Positions 1-10,507 of a stretch of 64,000 bases of DNA are shown piece by piece; positions within the stretch are counted from its first letter, which is position 1; each line of letters begins with the position of its first letter. The notes beneath the pieces were generated by a model, which was not told where the DNA came from, did no database searches, and was given only the letters and a program-made list of their open reading frames with translations. A program made the position numbers and the translations under genes. The stretch lies in NCBI GenBank assembly GCA_028522875.1, contig GCA_028522875.1_3659.1; one strand, written 5' to 3'. This stretch comes from a phage.

Positions 1-2
1 GG

Positions 3-317
3 ATGCACGGATCTCCTACCCCTAAAAACCCAGAACCTGCTAAAAAACGAAAAGCTAAAGCTGCTGCCAAAGGTGGTTCGACATCTAAAAAGAAAAAGAA
101 AAACCCGAGAGAGGATGTTGGCCTTACTGTAACCACATGCCTTAACGGAGCTATCCTCCCAGAGTCCACTATTTATCTTAAAAGCAAGCAATATACAGGC
201 TTCTATAAGGTGATCACGGTACATCATAAGGGCACCATAGAAGGTGGTGATTACACTACAGAGCTTGGCCTTGGGGAAACAGTGGGTGGAGTTGTTGACA
301 AGACTGAGGAGGTATAA
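3..317 (+). CDS. hypothetical protein, 5'-truncated at window edge; Lys-rich segment then conserved C-terminus
   Basis: ORF runs from the window start; KKRKAKAAAKGG...KKKKK basic stretch; stop overlaps start of next gene (ATG at 317). Confidence 0.45.
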   Translation: MHGSPTPKNPEPAKKRKAKAAAKGGSTSKKKKKNPREDVGLTVTTCLNGAILPESTIYLKSKQYTGFYKVITVHHKGTIEGGDYTTELGLGETVGGVVDKTEEV

Positions 318-994
318 TGGCAATAAATAGGAAAGATGCTGCTGTAAGATCTTTTATGGAAAAAATAATGAGGGACTACCACACCAGTATCAGGGCCAGG
401 GTTGTCAGTGTAGACTACAGTATACCTTCTGCATCCGTGCAGCCAATAGCTGAAACTACGTTTGATGACGGGGATGTAGAGAGATACCCTCTTATCTATG
501 ACGTTCCAATTCAGGTGATGTCTGCAAACAGCGGAAAGGCAAGGTTAACACTTCCTATTAAGGCTGGAGATGTTGTAGGATTACAGTTTTCAGAGAGAAA
601 TGAAAACAATAACGACGATCAACAAACTCACGGCCTGTTTCCTGGGTGGGCAATCACCTCTGTTCATTCAGACTCAAACGCTTTACAGATCGATCCTGAT
701 AACGTAGAGTTATGGAATGATAGGGTTTATTTTAAACTGACACCTTCTGGCGATTTTGAGCTTCAAACACCTGGTGGGACATTACGGTGTGACAGCAGCG
801 GGGAGTTCTCTTTCACTAACGGTGCTGCCAATTTGCGAGCTGCTGTGGATGGAAATATCAGAATGAATGGTGCCACAATAGACCCATCTGGTAGAATTAT
901 AACTGCTGCTGGTGTGGATTTGGATTCATTCTATGCAGAATATAAAGGTCATACCCACTCTTGCCCTGATGGCGAGACAAGTGGACCGCACTAA
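317..994 (+). CDS. baseplate central spike protein (gpV / gp45 / gp138-like) with C-terminal His apex motif
   Basis: 225 aa; RBS gaggagg upstream; C-terminus ...YKGHTHSCPDGETSGPH has an HxH motif like metal-binding spike apex domains; followed by gp25-like gene. Confidence 0.5.
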   Translation: MAINRKDAAVRSFMEKIMRDYHTSIRARVVSVDYSIPSASVQPIAETTFDDGDVERYPLIYDVPIQVMSANSGKARLTLPIKAGDVVGLQFSERNENNNDDQQTHGLFPGWAITSVHSDSNALQIDPDNVELWNDRVYFKLTPSGDFELQTPGGTLRCDSSGEFSFTNGAANLRAAVDGNIRMNGATIDPSGRIITAAGVDLDSFYAEYKGHTHSCPDGETSGPH

Positions 995-1006
995 TAGAGG
1001 GCTTTC

Positions 1007-1723
1007 ATGGCTACGCTTTATAGTGATATATTGATGGACCCACAGACAGGCGATTTGGCGATAGACAAAGGTCTTGAGTTGATAGATTCAAACCAGGTAA
1101 GTCTGCGCCAGCGCTTGTGGATGAGGTTTAATACGTGGAAGGGGAGCTGGTACTTTGACGAGTTGTTTGGCTTCCCTTATATGGACTTTCTCAGTAAGAA
1201 GGTCATGAAGACTGTTCTTGATAACAAGATTATGGAAGTGGCAAGACAAGAGCCGGATGTGCTAAACATCATAAACTTCCAGTCTACCATGGATCGAAGA
1301 TCGAGAACATACCAAGCGTTCTTTGAGGTTGTTACCAAAGAGAACGAGATTGTAAGGCTGGCTTTCGTAGGTCTTGATCAGTTTACCTACCCACAGCCTG
1401 ATTCTGGGACAACCTCTCTCTGCGATGATGAAGGTTGGATTAAGTGGGCTAATAAACTGTACTACCTGATCAACTTCAGATTGCCTAGAACCGGAGATGC
1501 CACATGGTGGAACCAGTATGCTGGTCCTGAGATGGAAAACCCGATCCCTGTAGGCTCTCTGTTGACTCAGGATAAAGATCTGCTGATGACTGAGGCAGAA
1601 CAAACCATTAACCGCAACACCTGGACGCTTGCTCCAGATGAGCGCGAATACTCTGGTGTTATTGCTACCTCCAATGATGAGGCTATTGCCAACCAGTCTG
1701 GTCGTGCTATTGATGTTAACTAA
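1007..1723 (+). CDS. baseplate wedge protein, gp25/W-like (DUF2634-like N-terminal motif)
   Basis: N-terminus DPQTGDLAIDKGLELIDSNQVSLRQRLWMRFNTWKGSWYFDELFGFPY matches the TGDL...Q.i...L.T.kGEw..d...G pattern of gp25/XkdS family; position next to spike gene. Confidence 0.45.
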   Translation: MATLYSDILMDPQTGDLAIDKGLELIDSNQVSLRQRLWMRFNTWKGSWYFDELFGFPYMDFLSKKVMKTVLDNKIMEVARQEPDVLNIINFQSTMDRRSRTYQAFFEVVTKENEIVRLAFVGLDQFTYPQPDSGTTSLCDDEGWIKWANKLYYLINFRLPRTGDATWWNQYAGPEMENPIPVGSLLTQDKDLLMTEAEQTINRNTWTLAPDEREYSGVIATSNDEAIANQSGRAIDVN

Positions 1724-1732
1724 GGAGAAATC

Positions 1733-2401
1733 ATGGCTGTAGCTTATCCTACAATACCAATTCCAGATCTTGAAGATGCAGAAACAGTCCTGAGTGATGA
1801 CTTCTTGGTTGTCAACCAGACTGATGGGACAAGAAAGGCTAAGATTGACGATGTTGTCAACGATCTTAGCATCACTAAGATAGTCTATTTCACAGAAGGT
1901 GGTTATCTTAAGAGTAAGAAGGACTTTGCTTATGATCCAGAAACTAAGCGCTACTACACGTGGAACGGGGATTATCCTAAAATAATCCTCCCAGACTCCA
2001 CTGTAGAGGGTGCTGGAGGTGTGTCTGCAAATGCCTGGTCTGTTTTTGGTGAGCTTGCTGCAACTTCTTCTGGCAGAATAGTTGATTACGGATCTATCGG
2101 CGGTCAGCTTGATATGGATCTTGAAGTTGCGGATACTTTTAAGGTTCGACTAACTTCAAATACCACAATCTCTTTTGAAAATCAAACAGAAGGTCTTGAA
2201 GGGGTGGCGAGAACTATAACCGTATGCATTACTCAGACCTCTGGCGGCAACAAAGTCTATTGGCCTGGTAATGTTAAATGGTCCTACGGAAGAGATCCTA
2301 TCCTAACATTTACAGCTGGTGCAACAGATATTTTCAAGTTGGAAACCTACGACAACGGGTTAACTTGGTACGGGGCACTGATTATCGCAGGAGCTATCTA
2401 A
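1733..2401 (+). CDS. tail fibre-like protein carrying a conserved N-terminal anchor domain (paralogous to N-terminus of 5036-9481)
   Basis: RBS aaggag; first ~100 aa align with N-terminus of the 1481 aa protein (DD[FY]LVV.Q.D.TR..KI.DVV ... F.EGG.L ... DFAY ... W.G.[YF]P ... AW.V). Confidence 0.5.
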   Translation: MAVAYPTIPIPDLEDAETVLSDDFLVVNQTDGTRKAKIDDVVNDLSITKIVYFTEGGYLKSKKDFAYDPETKRYYTWNGDYPKIILPDSTVEGAGGVSANAWSVFGELAATSSGRIVDYGSIGGQLDMDLEVADTFKVRLTSNTTISFENQTEGLEGVARTITVCITQTSGGNKVYWPGNVKWSYGRDPILTFTAGATDIFKLETYDNGLTWYGALIIAGAI

Positions 2402-2402
2402 G

Positions 2403-5000
2403 ATGCGTATTCAACATAACATTGATAACGTATTTCAGATGATTGAGGGGCACAGGAAGTGCCTCGATAACAACACAGGTATTACCAACACCCCTACACA
2501 AAATAAGCTAGTAAACCCTGATGGTCTTATAGCTGCAGGGTGGGCAGGTAATAAGATAAATAATGATTGGGCGATGCATGAGTCCCAAGCTGTGTTGATT
2601 CTGGGATACATTGAAGCATACAGGGCATCGAAAAGCGATTTCTATCTGGATAGGGCAAAAGATGCTTGGGAAGCTTACAATAGCCATCTTCTAGGTGCAT
2701 ATGCAGTAGAAAGTAAAATGCAAAGATTGTCCCACTACCCTCTATCTACAGATGGGGTTCCATCACATGGTGGGTTTAAAGATGTGGTGGTGTCTTTTAC
2801 CAATGGTAGAGGAAAAATCCCAGCTGGATCTCCGACATGGGGGGAATACCTGGACAAGGCATTCCAAGCGTATAACGGCGTGTTAGGAAGAAACACTGTA
2901 GACTCTGATGTTTACGGTGGCACAGATGATAACCCAGATTGGACAACATCCGGATTAAGTTGGTGGGTTGAGTGGTATATAGCATGGGATGGTAATCGCT
3001 ATTGGGCTAACGGTAGCATAGCTGATAGTGGTCATACGTCTGTAGAGTTTGGCACAATCCAATTACAAGACAAGGGTGTTACAGGCAACCACAAAGTGAC
3101 CTATTGTGTAAGATTACCTCAAGAGCAGGGTGGATCGGTGATCCCTGCTGGATCCCCTGTAATTGTGAATCCTATAAACGTGGTTGCAGACAATCAAGCC
3201 CCAGAGTTGGATGGGGAAGAAATGTGGTGTGACGCTTGTTATCAACTCTACACCTTGACAGGTGAGGAAAAGTATTACACCGCGTTTAAACAGTCTTACA
3301 ACAAGTTGCTTAATTTCAGTGATATAAACGCTTACGACAAACTGTTTAGAAAGACCACGTTGATTAAGGCACCATTTACAGATGGTACTTGTCTTGTTGC
3401 AGGAACAGTTCCTGTCACGAGCAGAGACAGTGACGGGTATATCAATTTTAGAATGAACGCACGCCAGCCTTGCGAAATAATTCAAAAAGGTACCACCTAC
3501 AAAATAGGCAGAGATGCTGAAATTGTCATGAATTTCGGAGGGGAGGGGGTTCTGTTCCAGCCACATTTCATCCTTAATGATGGCAACAATAACAAAAAAC
3601 AGTACAGGATAGGTGTCCCTTTTGGAGGTGCAGAGGTAACAGAAATAGTTGCCAAGGTTACTGATTTCGTAGAGGTAGTTGGTAAAGACGGTAATCCGTA
3701 CCTCTTACCTAAAGAGGAAAACATTGCCGTGAGCGGTGGTGCCAGTGTTAGTATGCAGTACGATACTGACATTTACAACCACTCTGACAACTTCACCCGT
3801 TGTAATATAGCAAGAGGCAAAGTAACTTTCAATTTTGGAAGAGAGATTTCTTTAAACTCAGTAACTTATCGATCAGATGATGAGATGGTAAGGGTCAAAT
3901 TTCTTGACAAAGATAGGTGGTTATGGTATGCTGATCTATATGCCACCAATGGACAATGGATAACAGAAACTCTTACTCTAGGAGATTTCAAACTAGATCC
4001 GACACAACCTCATCACACTGAAGAAGAGATTAAACCTTTCTTTGCTAATCCTAAGGGACTCACCTCTGTAGATTTCAGCCTAAGCGACAGACAGATAGGT
4101 AATGGCTTGTTTGATCTATATTGCGTCAACACACTGCCGCAATTCTATATTGCAGATAGGGATGCTTATCTAATCTGGTTTAGCGTATGGATGGCAAGCA
4201 AGACAGAATCAACCGCTAAGGTTGGTGATTGCTATGTCAGAAACTACAAGCAAGGTGCATACAGGCACACTCCTGGTGTGTTCCCTGCCGGAAAGGTGAT
4301 AGATAAGGAAAACTATATCTTAGAGGAAAGGCCAAATTGGCCCTACCCAGGCATGCAATACCCAGCAGTCTACTGCATGGGTGCAGAAAACATAGATCGC
4401 CATAGATTGTCAAATACAATAGGCTTTCTGTATGACGCTCAAGTCTGGTATAATAATACATTTAAGACAGAGGGTCCAGTTGCCTCACGTTATGTATGGC
4501 AAAGAGGTAATGAAGGGTTGACTGGTTGGTGGGAGATGGTAGATAACTCTAAGCTCCAGTCAAGATCTTTTGTTGCTGCGTGCCGCACAATCTATGAGCT
4601 CAAGAAACATAAAGAACCTGTTGATGAAAGATTATTCCTGTTCTGCCAGAAATGGGCATGGTTCCTCAACAGATTCCAGTCATCTCATTCAGGAAATCTA
4701 CCTACAGACTTTAACACCTCTGGGGGATATTCTTATCAAGATAGAGGCGACAGGATGTGGGTGGTAGGTGAATGGCTTGCAGGTTGCTGCTGGCTAGGTC
4801 TGTGCGGGTATTCAGAGACAATACCCCAAATAGATATTGTTGTAGAGGCCTGTGTGAAGCTACTGCAAAAGCACCACTTCATTAATAGGGATAATGTTTT
4901 AAACGGCTGCTGGGCAGTTTCTGATCCGGTTGGCTATCACTCTGGCGAAATCCTTCGCGGTCTGGGCCTTTATGCTCAATACCGTGGATTGTACCTTTAA
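2403..5000 (+). CDS. large tail-associated protein, possibly an (alpha/alpha)-toroid glycoside hydrolase / depolymerase
   Basis: 865 aa ORF; W/Y-rich, N-terminal GWAGNKINNDWAMHESQAVLILGYIEAYRASKSDFYLDRAKDAWEAY resembles six-hairpin glycosidase repeats; functional call is tentative. Confidence 0.35.
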   Translation: MRIQHNIDNVFQMIEGHRKCLDNNTGITNTPTQNKLVNPDGLIAAGWAGNKINNDWAMHESQAVLILGYIEAYRASKSDFYLDRAKDAWEAYNSHLLGAYAVESKMQRLSHYPLSTDGVPSHGGFKDVVVSFTNGRGKIPAGSPTWGEYLDKAFQAYNGVLGRNTVDSDVYGGTDDNPDWTTSGLSWWVEWYIAWDGNRYWANGSIADSGHTSVEFGTIQLQDKGVTGNHKVTYCVRLPQEQGGSVIPAGSPVIVNPINVVADNQAPELDGEEMWCDACYQLYTLTGEEKYYTAFKQSYNKLLNFSDINAYDKLFRKTTLIKAPFTDGTCLVAGTVPVTSRDSDGYINFRMNARQPCEIIQKGTTYKIGRDAEIVMNFGGEGVLFQPHFILNDGNNNKKQYRIGVPFGGAEVTEIVAKVTDFVEVVGKDGNPYLLPKEENIAVSGGASVSMQYDTDIYNHSDNFTRCNIARGKVTFNFGREISLNSVTYRSDDEMVRVKFLDKDRWLWYADLYATNGQWITETLTLGDFKLDPTQPHHTEEEIKPFFANPKGLTSVDFSLSDRQIGNGLFDLYCVNTLPQFYIADRDAYLIWFSVWMASKTESTAKVGDCYVRNYKQGAYRHTPGVFPAGKVIDKENYILEERPNWPYPGMQYPAVYCMGAENIDRHRLSNTIGFLYDAQVWYNNTFKTEGPVASRYVWQRGNEGLTGWWEMVDNSKLQSRSFVAACRTIYELKKHKEPVDERLFLFCQKWAWFLNRFQSSHSGNLPTDFNTSGGYSYQDRGDRMWVVGEWLAGCCWLGLCGYSETIPQIDIVVEACVKLLQKHHFINRDNVLNGCWAVSDPVGYHSGEILRGLGLYAQYRGLYL

Positions 5001-5003
5001 CAT

Positions 5004-5024
5004 AGGGGGCTGTTTGCCCCCTTT
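5004..5024 (+). terminator. candidate intrinsic terminator (short U tail)
   Basis: hairpin agggggc-tgttt-gccccct followed by ttc, directly after stop of 2403-5000. Confidence 0.35.
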
Positions 5025-5035
5025 CAGGAGAAAGA

Positions 5036-8000
5036 ATGGCTGATATTAAAGTTGTCAGAATTGAATCTCTTCCTGCCACTACCGCAGTGACAGAGGATGA
5101 TTACCTGGTTGTTCAACAACCAGACCTGACTCGTCGTGTAAAAATTGGCGATGTTGTCCATGTGGATGGGACTGTTTCTCATGTAATCTCCTTTAAGGAA
5201 GGTGGTAAGTTAAACGGCCCAATGGATTTTGCCTACTTCGAAGAGGAAGACCTCTACCTGCGTTGGAAAGGCGAATTTCCGCACACCGTTCCTGCACTAT
5301 CTTCACCGTACTCCGATGGTGGGATTACTGATGCTGCATGGATGGTATATACAGATCCATCATTAAGAGAGGAGCTGGAATCAACTATTGGCGCATCCAT
5401 GATTATGACAGCTGAAGGTCAGTCTGTCCAGGATGTAATGGATGTTACAGTTAAGACCGCCAACGATGCTAAAGCACTTGCACAGCGGGTAGATTTTGGT
5501 ACCGTGCACACTGTAGGCGATGTTATTCACCTTGTCAATTTTGTTGGCCCTGCAGTTATTGAAGAGGGAAGAACTACTAACTACCCTTCCGTAGCAGCTG
5601 GTGAAAAATTCCTGAACGGTGTGGTATCTCGTCGTGATACTACAACTGTTGATGGTATTTTCCGTGGCGCTACCTCCGGAGCTATGTATACCATTGCAGT
5701 AACCAACGGTGTAGCAACAACAAAAAGAATAGCACTTCGTGATGAATTTAAACGCCTAGAGGCAAACAACCCAACAAGAACCGTTATTCGTGCTGGTGAT
5801 GATGTAAACACAGCCGGGTACTTGCAGCTTGATGCAACAGGTCGTTGGGGCATGTGGAACCAACAGACATCTTCATGGCAACCTCTTGCTATAGAGCAAG
5901 GTGGTACAGGTGCCAGAGATGCCGCAGGTGCACGTATTAATTTAGGAGCTTTTTATAAACAACGTGCAGCCCTTGAGGCAAATTTCAATATTAACAATTT
6001 GACTGGCAATCAGGATGGTGTATACTACCAGCCCATGACTGCCAATGCCACCGAGGCAAATGGTTACCCAGCAGGTTCTGGTGCTGGTCACCTGATTGTT
6101 TGGCAGAACAATGCTAACGGCGGTGCAGGTTGTCGTCAGGAATACTATCCATTCTCTAACGTAGATGTTTGGTATTTGAGAACCTATCAGGCCAACACAA
6201 ATCAGTGGACTGCATGGCAGCCGATGGTCAGACCTCGTAACGATGATACCTTCAGATCTCATATCGGCCTTGGTAAAAACAACTCACCAGCCTTCGGGCA
6301 CCTTTACTTAGCTCAATACTCTGGAGATGTTAAATCTGCCTCAGGTATTCTCCATGGAGATAAATATAATACTGATGGTGTTCTTGAGCATGGTTATAGG
6401 ATCTACTCTGAGGTAAGAAACGACAATAAGGCTTGGTTGACAATCCACCTGCACAAAGGTGCAAAAGGATCTGAAACCCATAGATATTTAGGTTTCCGCG
6501 AAGACGGCGTGCTAGACTGCCCTAAATATATGCAGGTTGGGGATCTTACTGGTCAGCTGACAAACTGGGGACTCGGAGAGTGGATCCGTAGTTCAGGAGC
6601 AGAAAGAGGCTTCTGGGGATCCAAGAAAGCCGCCAAGATGGTCATCTGGGATGGTGGGATGGATGAATCCGGTAACGGCACTCTGGAATGGGGTGTTTAT
6701 AACAACCGGAAGGCCAAGTGGGAACCTTTACCGCAAGCCGCAGGTGGTACTGGAGCTACAACTTTGGCAGAGGCTCAGAATCTGTTTAGAGTTCCTATAG
6801 CTGCAGGCGTAAAAGATTTCTTAACGCTGCCAAGAACCGCAGGGATGGAAGATGGGAAATACTACCCGATTATAGTTAGAACAGATCCGTATTATGCTCC
6901 AACTACTGGCACCGATATTACCATAGTTACTAGGTCGTCATCTGGTGGTGACCCCATGAACTGTGCTACCTTACAGTGTCATTATAGAACTGGTGGGTGG
7001 ACAGATAGAGGGGACTCTTTCTACGGAGTAGTAAATTTCTACCAGAATGAAAAAGCAATTCTTGGGATGGTTGCTCCAACAAGGGGTAAACAAGAATATG
7101 TTGCTTTCTATGCAGAGGCGCGTGCTTTCCCTGTCAGCATATACGCAAGTAGAAATGTTTTAGAGGTGTTTACCAAAGAACAAGACTACCAGGTTGGTTC
7201 TGTAACAAACAATCAGGACGGTGTTAAGTTTTGTGCTCCGTTAGAGTCAGCAGACTTAAATCTTGCGATAAAGGGTGATAATGTAACTAATACCAGACCT
7301 CTTGCGGAGTTTAAAGGAACATCAGGTTTTTACACAGGCGGTGGTACTCAGTGGCACTACATCGGCACACCTGAACGCTATGCGGTGATGAGTAAAATGA
7401 CCATGCCTAAAGTTGAGCTATGGGCAGATGGTATCGACTACCTATGCCCTGGTAGTCAGACCACAAGGAAAGCACTGTTCTCTAATGCTGGATTCCAGGC
7501 AGCATCTGAAGGTACAGAGGACTTAATTAACAACACATTTACTTCCAAATGCGGCAAGGGTGCAGGTCTGAAAGGCCAGTCAGAGTTCAGGTCTACCCCA
7601 GAGGCTGGACAGGTAATTGTCAGAGATGTTGTTGGTTCCGCACATAAGTTCTTTAACTTCAACAAAGACGGCACATTCTACCCTCCTGGCGGTTATGTTT
7701 GCCAGACAGGTGCGGATTGGAACAATCAGTTTGGTAACACAAACCCGTCAAAAATAATGGCTGGTAATGTTAACGGACCTGAAGGTTCCATGGTTGTAGC
7801 AGGGTTGTCGGTTGGTTTTTCTGGAAATTATGCATTCCAGATGGCTGGTCGTCTTGATCAGTTATACACCAGGTCTATTGAGGGTGGTAATCATAGAGCG
7901 TGGAACAAGGTAATCCAACACCGTGGTCAAGGCTTGGGTAATAGCAATCTTAATGATTACAAAGCTGATCGTGAAGGTATTTATCATCAAGAGGCAAACT

Positions 8001-9481
8001 CTAACGCCACAGCCGAAAGAAATTACCCGCCTGGGCAGCAGATGGCTGGTACATTGATTGTACTCAGAAACTCTGCTAACGAGGGCACGGGCTGTATTCA
8101 GATCTACAAGATGTACCTTGGTGGAACATGGGAAAGGTATTATAATAACACTGGTAGTGGAATGGCTTGGAGTCCTTGGAAGAGAACAAGCTTCCCGGAA
8201 AGCACAACCGCCCCAGTTATGCCTGATCTTTGGTTACCTTTGACCTCCAACTTAAAACCTGCACTTGGCGAGGGTGAGATGGTATTCTCCAGACCATCTA
8301 CAGCAACATACTTTTCTAAACGTGGTGTGATGGTTACTGCCCAGAACGATCAGCCTAGGTTTGAAAGAGATGGTCTGCTTATCGAAGGGCAAAGGACAAA
8401 CCTGATGCTTAACAGTGAAGACCCGAGTAAATGGGGAGCCAGTCAACAGATTACTGTTGGTGGTACTGTAACAAACACTAACGGCACAAAAGGTGCAAGA
8501 TTTACAGTAAACACTGCATCCGGTGTGGAAACAACAGCGTTAAACCTTGCTACAGTTCCAGCCACCAGAGGTGCCGATGTAACAGGTGCTGAGAAATTCT
8601 GTACTGGGTCTATTATTGCAAGGGGAGGTAAAGCGAACCAGAGATTACGTGTAAGATTCGACATGTATGACGGATCCACCACAGTATTCCAAGGTGACGC
8701 TTATGTTAACCTGTCAACACTTGAAGTTAAAACAACAGGTGGTGCAGCTGGGGGAATTAAAGTAAAAGCTGAGAGATGGCAAACAGCTGGACCTGCTTGG
8801 GTAAGGATTGCCGCTACGTTTGAGGCAGTGGCCTCTGACAAGAATATCGGGTGCCAGTTCCAGATTTCTCCACCTGAAGGTGCTCAGCATGTTGTAGGAG
8901 ATTGGGTTGATGTTGCAATACCTCAATTTGAGCTAGGTTCTTGCGAGTCCTCGTTTATTCCCACAGGGTCTTCACCTGTAACTAGAGCGGCAGATCTTTG
9001 CAAATTTCCGATGACTGATAACTTAGCACCTAGACCGTTCACTATTGCCGCTACTGTGGATGCTAACTGGAGAGGTTGGGGAAAAGCTCCTAACGCAGCC
9101 CCTAGGGTTATAGACACAGAAGGACACCAGTCGGGCGCACCTTTTATCCTCGGGTTTGGTTCTGCAACAAATATTGCAGAGGATGGGTATCCATATTGTG
9201 ATATAGGAGGATCTAACCGTAGGGTGTATGAGATGTGTAAGGTACGTAAGTTAAGAATGGGGTTCAGAATAAAAGATGATGGTAAAACATGTTCTTTTGC
9301 TAATGGATTGATTAGCTCTGAAACGCAATCTTCTTGGGAGTTTCTTGCAGGAGGGGCTTTTATCAGGATAGGTGGTCAAACAGCATCTGGTGAAAGACAC
9401 CTGTTCGGGCACATTAAGGATATCAAGCTTTGGAACTCGTCTTTGACCGATACGCAACTTATGATGGAGAATATTGAATAA
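5036..9481 (+). CDS. large tail fibre / tailspike protein with conserved N-terminal anchor domain and C-terminal ConA/LamG-like lectin motif
   Basis: 1481 aa; RBS caggag; N-terminus paralogous to 1733-2401; C-terminus ...HLFGHIKDIKLWNSSLTDTQLMMENIE resembles LamG/ConA-like jelly-roll end motif. Confidence 0.55.
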   Translation: MADIKVVRIESLPATTAVTEDDYLVVQQPDLTRRVKIGDVVHVDGTVSHVISFKEGGKLNGPMDFAYFEEEDLYLRWKGEFPHTVPALSSPYSDGGITDAAWMVYTDPSLREELESTIGASMIMTAEGQSVQDVMDVTVKTANDAKALAQRVDFGTVHTVGDVIHLVNFVGPAVIEEGRTTNYPSVAAGEKFLNGVVSRRDTTTVDGIFRGATSGAMYTIAVTNGVATTKRIALRDEFKRLEANNPTRTVIRAGDDVNTAGYLQLDATGRWGMWNQQTSSWQPLAIEQGGTGARDAAGARINLGAFYKQRAALEANFNINNLTGNQDGVYYQPMTANATEANGYPAGSGAGHLIVWQNNANGGAGCRQEYYPFSNVDVWYLRTYQANTNQWTAWQPMVRPRNDDTFRSHIGLGKNNSPAFGHLYLAQYSGDVKSASGILHGDKYNTDGVLEHGYRIYSEVRNDNKAWLTIHLHKGAKGSETHRYLGFREDGVLDCPKYMQVGDLTGQLTNWGLGEWIRSSGAERGFWGSKKAAKMVIWDGGMDESGNGTLEWGVYNNRKAKWEPLPQAAGGTGATTLAEAQNLFRVPIAAGVKDFLTLPRTAGMEDGKYYPIIVRTDPYYAPTTGTDITIVTRSSSGGDPMNCATLQCHYRTGGWTDRGDSFYGVVNFYQNEKAILGMVAPTRGKQEYVAFYAEARAFPVSIYASRNVLEVFTKEQDYQVGSVTNNQDGVKFCAPLESADLNLAIKGDNVTNTRPLAEFKGTSGFYTGGGTQWHYIGTPERYAVMSKMTMPKVELWADGIDYLCPGSQTTRKALFSNAGFQAASEGTEDLINNTFTSKCGKGAGLKGQSEFRSTPEAGQVIVRDVVGSAHKFFNFNKDGTFYPPGGYVCQTGADWNNQFGNTNPSKIMAGNVNGPEGSMVVAGLSVGFSGNYAFQMAGRLDQLYTRSIEGGNHRAWNKVIQHRGQGLGNSNLNDYKADREGIYHQEANSNATAERNYPPGQQMAGTLIVLRNSANEGTGCIQIYKMYLGGTWERYYNNTGSGMAWSPWKRTSFPESTTAPVMPDLWLPLTSNLKPALGEGEMVFSRPSTATYFSKRGVMVTAQNDQPRFERDGLLIEGQRTNLMLNSEDPSKWGASQQITVGGTVTNTNGTKGARFTVNTASGVETTALNLATVPATRGADVTGAEKFCTGSIIARGGKANQRLRVRFDMYDGSTTVFQGDAYVNLSTLEVKTTGGAAGGIKVKAERWQTAGPAWVRIAATFEAVASDKNIGCQFQISPPEGAQHVVGDWVDVAIPQFELGSCESSFIPTGSSPVTRAADLCKFPMTDNLAPRPFTIAATVDANWRGWGKAPNAAPRVIDTEGHQSGAPFILGFGSATNIAEDGYPYCDIGGSNRRVYEMCKVRKLRMGFRIKDDGKTCSFANGLISSETQSSWEFLAGGAFIRIGGQTASGERHLFGHIKDIKLWNSSLTDTQLMMENIE

Positions 9482-9813
9482 TGAAAGAGCTTACGCTGGG
9501 CTTTAAGGGAAGAAGTGAGTTTGAAGATCTCATGGAGGAGATCGGGTTTGCCACTGATGAGGATTTGCAACAAAAGGTCTTTGTAGAGGTTGTTGGTTTT
9601 ATTTATAAAGAGACCGATCAAACTTATGAGGAAGAAGATGAGTTTGGTAACGCAGTATCATATCCTGTCGTTGTTCGTAGTGATATGTTCTATGTAGACC
9701 TTCTTATCCTGGACCAATCTGCCGTCGATGTTGTGACCAAATGGGGTACAGTTATCGAAGATCCTGGAAGACCTAATAGGTTCTCAACCCCCGCAGTAAC
9801 ACTGGAGGAATAA
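9481..9813 (+). CDS. hypothetical acidic protein (possible fibre chaperone by position)
   Basis: 110 aa, ATGA overlap with upstream fibre gene stop; acidic composition. Confidence 0.45.
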   Translation: MKELTLGFKGRSEFEDLMEEIGFATDEDLQQKVFVEVVGFIYKETDQTYEEEDEFGNAVSYPVVVRSDMFYVDLLILDQSAVDVVTKWGTVIEDPGRPNRFSTPAVTLEE

Positions 9814-9825
9814 ATAATAACCTAA

Positions 9826-9848
9826 CCCCCGCATAGCGGGGGTTTTTT
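9826..9848 (+). terminator. rho-independent terminator
   Basis: cccccgc-atag-gcggggg hairpin followed by tttttt. Confidence 0.65.
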
Positions 9849-9855
9849 GTTTATA

Positions 9856-9884
9856 TTGCGTATTACCTTAAAATTTGATAAAAT
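9856..9884 (+). promoter_or_regulatory. sigma70-like promoter TTGCGT-17-TAAAAT
   Basis: -35 TTGCGT 9856-9861, 17 nt spacer, -10 TAAAAT 9879-9884, upstream of gene starting 9913. Confidence 0.45.
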
Positions 9885-9912
9885 AGTGAAAAGAATTATT
9901 AAACTGGGGGTT

Positions 9913-10506
9913 AAAATGTTTATATGGGAAAGGCCACGATATCTCCCTGATATAAGGCTTGAACTTCTTGCAGATATAGTTAGGTTCAAAAGTCCATTCG
10001 GAGGAAAGGTACAGGAAGTTGTTTATGCAACACCTAACTGGAAAGGAACCCTTACTGTTGCCAATATCAGCGCCTCTCAGCTTATTGAGCTTAGAAATTT
10101 TATAGATAGTGTATATAAAGATGGGAACATATTCCTCATAAAAACATATGGTCACTCTGTAACAGCCAAAGAACCTATTGCTCTTGGACCAACAGGTAAC
10201 GATGATTATTTGAAAACAGTTGGTTGGGAACCCAATACAGATATAGCTAGAGCTGGGGATAAAATATCTGTCAATGATGAGTTAAAGGTTGTAACATCTA
10301 ATGTAAGAAGTGATGGCGTTGGTGCTGCGGTGATTAATATTCAACCTAGGTTGAGAAACCCGATTAAATCAGGAGATACAATGAAGATCCTTACAGAGTC
10401 TCCTAAAGGAAGATTCCATATCAGGGATATTTACAAGATAAAGCAAAAAGTTGATCAGATGGTCACAGGGGACAACATAATCATCAATTTCTTTGAGGAT
10501 TTTTAA
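9913..10506 (+). CDS. tail tip protein (lambda gpL / GTA g12-like position), hypothetical
   Basis: start moved to ATG 9913 (MFIWER, RBS ggggg) because track start 9847 lies inside terminator/promoter; first of a L-K-J-like gene set. Confidence 0.4.
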   Translation, partial: KMFIWERPRYLPDIRLELLADIVRFKSPFGGKVQEVVYATPNWKGTLTVANISASQLIELRNFIDSVYKDGNIFLIKTYGHSVTAKEPIALGPTGNDDYLKTVGWEPNTDIARAGDKISVNDELKVVTSNVRSDGVGAAVINIQPRLRNPIKSGDTMKILTESPKGRFHIRDIYKIKQKVDQMVTGDNIIINFFEDF

Positions 10507-10507
10507 T

